DNA from: Eledone cirrhosa
Taxonomy: Eukaryota
Direction: 5' to 3'
Assembly: GCA_964016885.1 (NCBI GenBank)
Contig: OZ024743.1
Coordinates: 314,278,001-314,342,000, forward strand
DNA: 64,000 nucleotides
The translations under genes were made by a program, and so were the position numbers. Shown piece after piece: positions 58,668-64,000 of this stretch. The notes beneath the pieces were generated by a model. That model was not told the origin of the DNA and did not search any database. It saw only the letters and a list, made by a program, of their open reading frames with translations. Position 1 is the stretch's first letter; each line of letters opens with the position of its first letter.

Positions 58668-60076
58668 TACATTTATACGGGAACAAAACAGAGAGGCAGA
58701 CAAATAAAGGTTTATTAGGTTCACGCTTTTGAGAGGGGGTGGGGGTGGGGGTTCGGTCATAAGCTCTTCTTCAGGAGTAAATAGGTTAGGAAGAGAGTTC
58801 AGAGGGTGTGTCGAAATACATTTAGAAAAAAGGGGGAACGAGAACAAATACAAATAAAAGTAAAAATAAACAAAAGAATAAACAATAAGATGAACAAGTG
58901 GTGGAGGTGTGAGGCGTGTAAGAGTGGTGGCGGGTGGACTTGGGAGAGGGAGGCGGGGGTCGAAGCGGATAAGGCTGAAGGTGGTGTTTGTGTATGTGTG
59001 TAAGTGTACGTGAGTGTGTGTGTGTGTGTATGTGAGTGTTTTGAAGCACGAAGTTCCATGTTCAGGAAAGGATGTGTGCCTGGGGTGGGGTGTAAGTCGG
59101 AGTGTGCATGCGTGTGGAAGGAGAGGGGTCAGGGGTGGGGGAGGTGGCGTGTGGAATCCGGAGGTTGTGTATATGTGGGGGTACGCACGTTTGTGTTTGT
59201 GTTTATATAAGGTGTGGATGCGTGTGGCGTGGTGCGAAAAAAAATGTGAGTGTACGTTCGTCGGTAACTTTCTTAGGTAGTTCCGTCGGATGTGTGAAAC
59301 GATGCTGGATATTTCTCATATATATGTATATATATACATCTGTATGTATACAACGTATTTGTCAGAATAAGCGTGTCTATGTATGTATGTCCTTACTGAA
59401 GTTGACACCACCAACACATTCATCACAACATCATAAAGACCGCTACCTCATTACCACAAACAAAAACACCACACCTACACCACACACAAAAATCAGCCAC
59501 AGCTACATGCCAATCTGTTTACCGACAACCAGCACCCCCACACCACGGCCCAATTTAGCCTGCGACCGTCACCACCATCTTATCACCACACCAACCCGCC
59601 ACATACACTACAGGCAAAAACATCCCTATGAACTAATCCACCAATCAAAACAAATATTATTGACCAACATATGAACTGCTAACATTATCATAAAGAATGC
59701 ATTCAGTTTCTACTAACATTACAAGGGGTACGACGAGCCTCAGATTACAGAGTCGGGTAAGATCGATTCAGATCGAACCTTGAGCTGATCAGTGCCGAAA
59801 CGCGCGTCACCAACCAATAAATGTAATGAAGGAGTAACCAATCGTCCTTGTTATCTTTTCACTCTAATCCATTCTGTCTAGCTCTACACCTCGACACAGA
59901 AGTGAACCTAAGCATCGAGTGCTCACACGGGTGAACCTACATAACTTCAAGTTACACTCCCTGCACATATACACGGCACGCATCTCAACGTACACCCACT
60001 TACAAATCTCTCCACCACCGGATCTTGTTACTCGGAGATTTACCCATCTGCATTGTCGAGGCTTCCAAACGACTTA

Positions 60077-60119
<43 letters not shown>

Positions 60120-60122
<3 letters not shown>

Positions 60123-60920
60123 GTATATTTGGCAATATACCGTAGGTTTAATTAAAACATTTAGAAGACCATAGGCTATCGCTTCTTTTCGGCGAAAGAA
60201 GGGAGAGAAGCTAACAGTCTGTTTCACACTGGTTGGCGATCATCAGAGCCACGCACCCCCTACTTTCACCGAAAATTATATAAGCTGGATTCTAATGGAA
60301 TTCCAGAAATAATCAGGAGCTGATGATACAGAGCGATTTCCGGTCCAGCAAAAATGAGGTATTAGGTTTGGTGCTCTGAAATAGCGATGTATACATGAAT
60401 GTATATTTGGCAATATACCGTATGTTTGATAAAAACATTTTGAAGATTTTGAACATTATCGGTCATATAGTAATGACTATGTCACTTACTTCTTTTCGGC
60501 GAAAGAAGGGAGAGAAGCTAACAGTCTGTTTCACGCTGGTTGGCGATCATAAGAGCCACACACCCCTTGCTTCCGCCGAAAATTATAGAAGCTGAATTCT
60601 TATAGAGTTCCAGTAATAATCCGGAGCTGATTATACAGACTGTTAGCGTCTCTCCCTTCTTTCGCCGAAAAGAAGTAAGTGACATAGTCACTACTTTAAA
60701 ACCGATAGCGTATGGTCTTCTAAATGTTTTTAATTAAACATACGGTATATTTTCAAATATACTACACATACATTCATGTATACATCACTATTTCAGAGCA
60801 CCTATCCTAATACATAATTTTTGCTGGACCGGCAATCGCTCTGTATAATCAACTCCTGATTATTACTGGAATTCTATAAGAATCCTGCTACTATAATTTT
60901 CGGAGGAAGCAGCGGGTGCG
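60120..60920. repeat. Family H' (~307-bp tandem + inverted arm), diverged relative of family H
   Basis: Shared AATAATCAGGAGCTGAT..CAGAGCG and GCTCTGAAATAGC; inversion at ~60635. Confidence 0.8.
60209..60250 (-). ncRNA. Hammerhead with canonical C3-G8 core (family H')
   Basis: GGCU CUGAUGA U CGC caacca GUG U GAAACAG A CUGUU AGCU; second copy 60516-60557 has a mutated core CUUAUGA. Confidence 0.68.
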
Positions 60921-61849
60921 TTATCTAACGTTATGGTTTCGATTTCTAAAGCAATCAGTGAATTGTGTCTTCCTACAAGACACTTCATTTCTTCTTGTAT
61001 TTAGCACAAAGAAATGCGTCGCCGTCGTAGCTGGGCATTACAATTACAATGGGTTGTCAACCGTTTAAGAGAAAGTCTTATTATTTTATTCGTTTAACGC
61101 AAAGGAAACCGAGATAAGCACCGCCCTGATGATCCTCTGGAATTGGGGCCTACTAAAACGAAATTTGATCATTTTATTCCATTTTAAAAATATTTGTTTG
61201 TTTTGTCATATAATAATATAACACCCAATGTAAAGCATTGTGGGAAATTCAAATCATATTCAAGCTGTATTTATAAAAAGATATCTGATAGATATCTCTA
61301 TTGAACTTCAACATAAATCATATTATGAAGATTCAGATCTTGTTAAAAAAGCATACAAAGACTATCGTTATAATTCGTCACTATAAAAAAATGTTGAGTG
61401 TTTGTTCAAAGATGGGACAGGGCTATTGAGAAGAAGAATCCTCCTACAAAACACATGATACTCTTATCCTTATCAAACAATTCATCATCATTTTAATTGT
61501 AACTTGCCGCTGATAAACATATGAATATTATTAGATTTCAACAATGATCGTGTATATGGGACCAATATCTCAGACTTTAACGAATGTCTGAGGGATAAAG
61601 TTAATATAATCAATAATATAAAGAACTTGCTGTTGAGCGAGTGTATTTAATTTTTCCCTTCATAAATGCCCTGACCCGATTTAATAAGCTATTTTATATC
61701 ATTTCCACACATGAACACACCTTTCATTATATTTTGAGATATATTTCCTGATTGAAGTATATTTCCTTGAGGAAATATTATTGTTCTCTATTGACTTCTG
61801 AAAGTATGCTAGCACACCAAAGAGTTCATAAATATGCATTAAGGTATAT

Positions 61850-62180
61850 AACTAGTACTCCGTCAGTTACAATGATGAGTGATCCAGTTGATATGAGCAA
61901 CGGAATTGCCTGCACGTGAAATTAATCTGCAAGTGTCTGAGCGTTCCACTGACAAGCGCACCCTTCACATAGATTCCAGGGAGATAGAAAGTGACACAAA
62001 ATGTGTTAAGGCCGGTCCTTCGAATTAGAAGCACATCACACATTTACCAGCTTAGTGGACTGGAGAAATATGAAATAAACAGTCTTCCCCAAGGACACAG
62101 CCCGCCGATAGGAATCGAATCACGACGTAACGATCGTGAGCTTAATAACCTAACCACCCAGCCACGATCTTTCACAAGGT
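61850..62180 (+). mobile_element. Degenerate SINE-like repeat (related pieces ~20560-20970, ~26990-27200)
   Basis: AAGTGTCTGAGCGTTCCACTGACAAGCGCACCCTT..AGTGGACTGGAG..CCCAAGGACAC. Confidence 0.5.
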
Positions 62181-62558
62181 ATATATAGATAACTACAAAC
62201 TATAGACTATTTATGAAATATATAAACTATAATTAATATGGTTCGATTTGTTATTTCGATGGTCTTTTAATAAATATTTTATTGGAACTGGTATATGGCT
62301 TTACCTCTATTGATGTGAAGCACGAAACGTGTATGGTAGTATTATTTGTTATATGGTATATTAAATAGAATTATCAATCTACTTAGTAAAGATTTCTAAT
62401 TTTAAATTAGAAACGATGATAAAGAAAGGTCAAGTGCATTATTGGTAAAGAGGGAGACAAATTATTTTCTGGTCGACATTACTTAAAATGTTTGCTGCAT
62501 CGATATAATAATACCAGCCATGTGGGCGGCGTGATGTGATGTGTATGTACATTCTCAG

Positions 62559-62659
<101 letters not shown>

Positions 62660-63442
62660 GTGAGGGTGCAGAGCAAGCTTTGCTTGAACGGATATAAACC
62701 GATATTAGAATAGATATAATGATATCAGTAATAAACTAGAGTAATGTCATTAATTGATAATTAAAAATACAACGCTGTACCGACATCCTAGCATCCCAAG
62801 AGATATATATGTTTATTCTAATATCTATTCAGACGGTATCCTATGGTTGCCTGATTGGATGATGACAAGTATCAATAAAACAAGATAAACGATTGGTGTT
62901 CAATTGTTTGGAAAATAAAACAACGGCGAAAACACGGAGTGATAGAAAGATGACGAAATCGACATCAACGAATTATTGCTAATCCTGATTCAGAAATGAT
63001 TCTTTATTGCAAATGTTTGATGGTGTTTGCATGACTTAACTCTGTGGAAAACATAATAAGAAAAATATTAACATATACGAAGTAAAATGATTATCAGATA
63101 CAATTTGAGATAGTAAATAAAGATAACTTTTAAATTTGTGGTGGGGAGAAAATAAAAAAAAAATCTCAATAATGAAGTGGAAAAAATCCATTGTGTAATG
63201 GAACACGAACGAATTAATCATATATTGCAAATCTAAATGTTATGAATAATATATATATATATATATATATAGGTATATATATATATATATATATAAATAT
63301 ACACGGGTGTGTATGATTGTGTATAGAATTAATGATAGGAATTCCAACATTGTCTGATTTACTCGTTTTATTTACAATCCTTTAAAATTATAATAATATT
63401 ATAATGAAATAGTATGGTAGAATATTAAATGTTAAGTGTTAA

Positions 63443-63483
63443 ATGAACAAGTACTTTCATGCTTTCGCAATCTTCAGGTTCAT
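63443..63483 (-). ncRNA. Minimal hammerhead (family P, copy 2)
   Basis: AUGAAC CUGAAGA UUGCGAAAGCAU GAAAGUACUU GUUCAU; core identical to 498-534. Confidence 0.75.
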
Positions 63484-64000
63484 ATTCAATGGTGACATTC
63501 AAGTTTGCAATTTTCAACTGTAATGAGATGGGTAAATTCTGTGTCTAATATACAGTAAAAAGGGTCTACAGAATGCTAATTTTGCAAACTGTATTTCGAT
63601 AAATCGGTGTGTAGTTTCACTAGATTACTAAAGCTGAGTGATTTAGGCTTCATGGTTGGTTGAGCACGTCTAACGACTTCTATTTGACCCTATACAAAGA
63701 ATGTCCACTTTTAATGCTTTCTGAAAAATTCTGAATAGAGAAACACCTGAATAGAAAAAAAGCATTAAAAGTGGACATTCTCCCCAACACAACATACGCG
63801 AGAACACGTGGCAACACAAACACTCACCTTACCTTGAATCAAAGAAGAACTACGGGAAGAAATCCTGAGAAATCCTGATAGAGAGAATCCTGAAACCTGA
63901 ATAGAGAAAATCCTGAATAGAGACAAATCCATTTTTTAACGCGAGGAAAATACAAACCGGAAAAAGAAAAACTCCAGGAGGAGACATACCCAAAACATCT

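Noticed and set aside
61121-62340. HHR-like strings at ~61126 and ~62310 (also ~24860 minus, ~52094, ~58770 minus)
   Set aside because: Missing stem I/III pairing or a broken core; at most decayed remnants.

Overview
AT-rich eukaryotic (animal) non-coding DNA. The dominant SINE and the (TA)n/(CA)n load resemble octopus/cephalopod genomes; this is recognition from memory, not a search result. I can support no intact host gene. Nearly all informative sequence is a nest of transposon remnants sitting in (TA)n microsatellites: Penelope-like retroelements (PLEs, RT + C-terminal GIY-YIG endonuclease), including a near-full-length disabled copy at ~54108-59960, plus a CR1/L2-type LINE fragment, RTE fragments, Helitrons and tRNA-like SINEs. 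The hidden layer is RNA structure. About ten apparently unrelated PLE pseudo-LTR or short tandem families carry hammerhead ribozyme (HHR) motifs, some canonical and some with recurrent core variants (U3-A8, C4, A4). Two related families (1392-1466, 1912-1987, 10395-10469, 34940-35578) contain all HHR core segments in a scrambled, pseudoknotted order with a kink-turn, supported by compensatory changes; this is the best candidate for an undescribed RNA system. All folds were done by eye, element boundaries are approximate, and family letters are my own labels.
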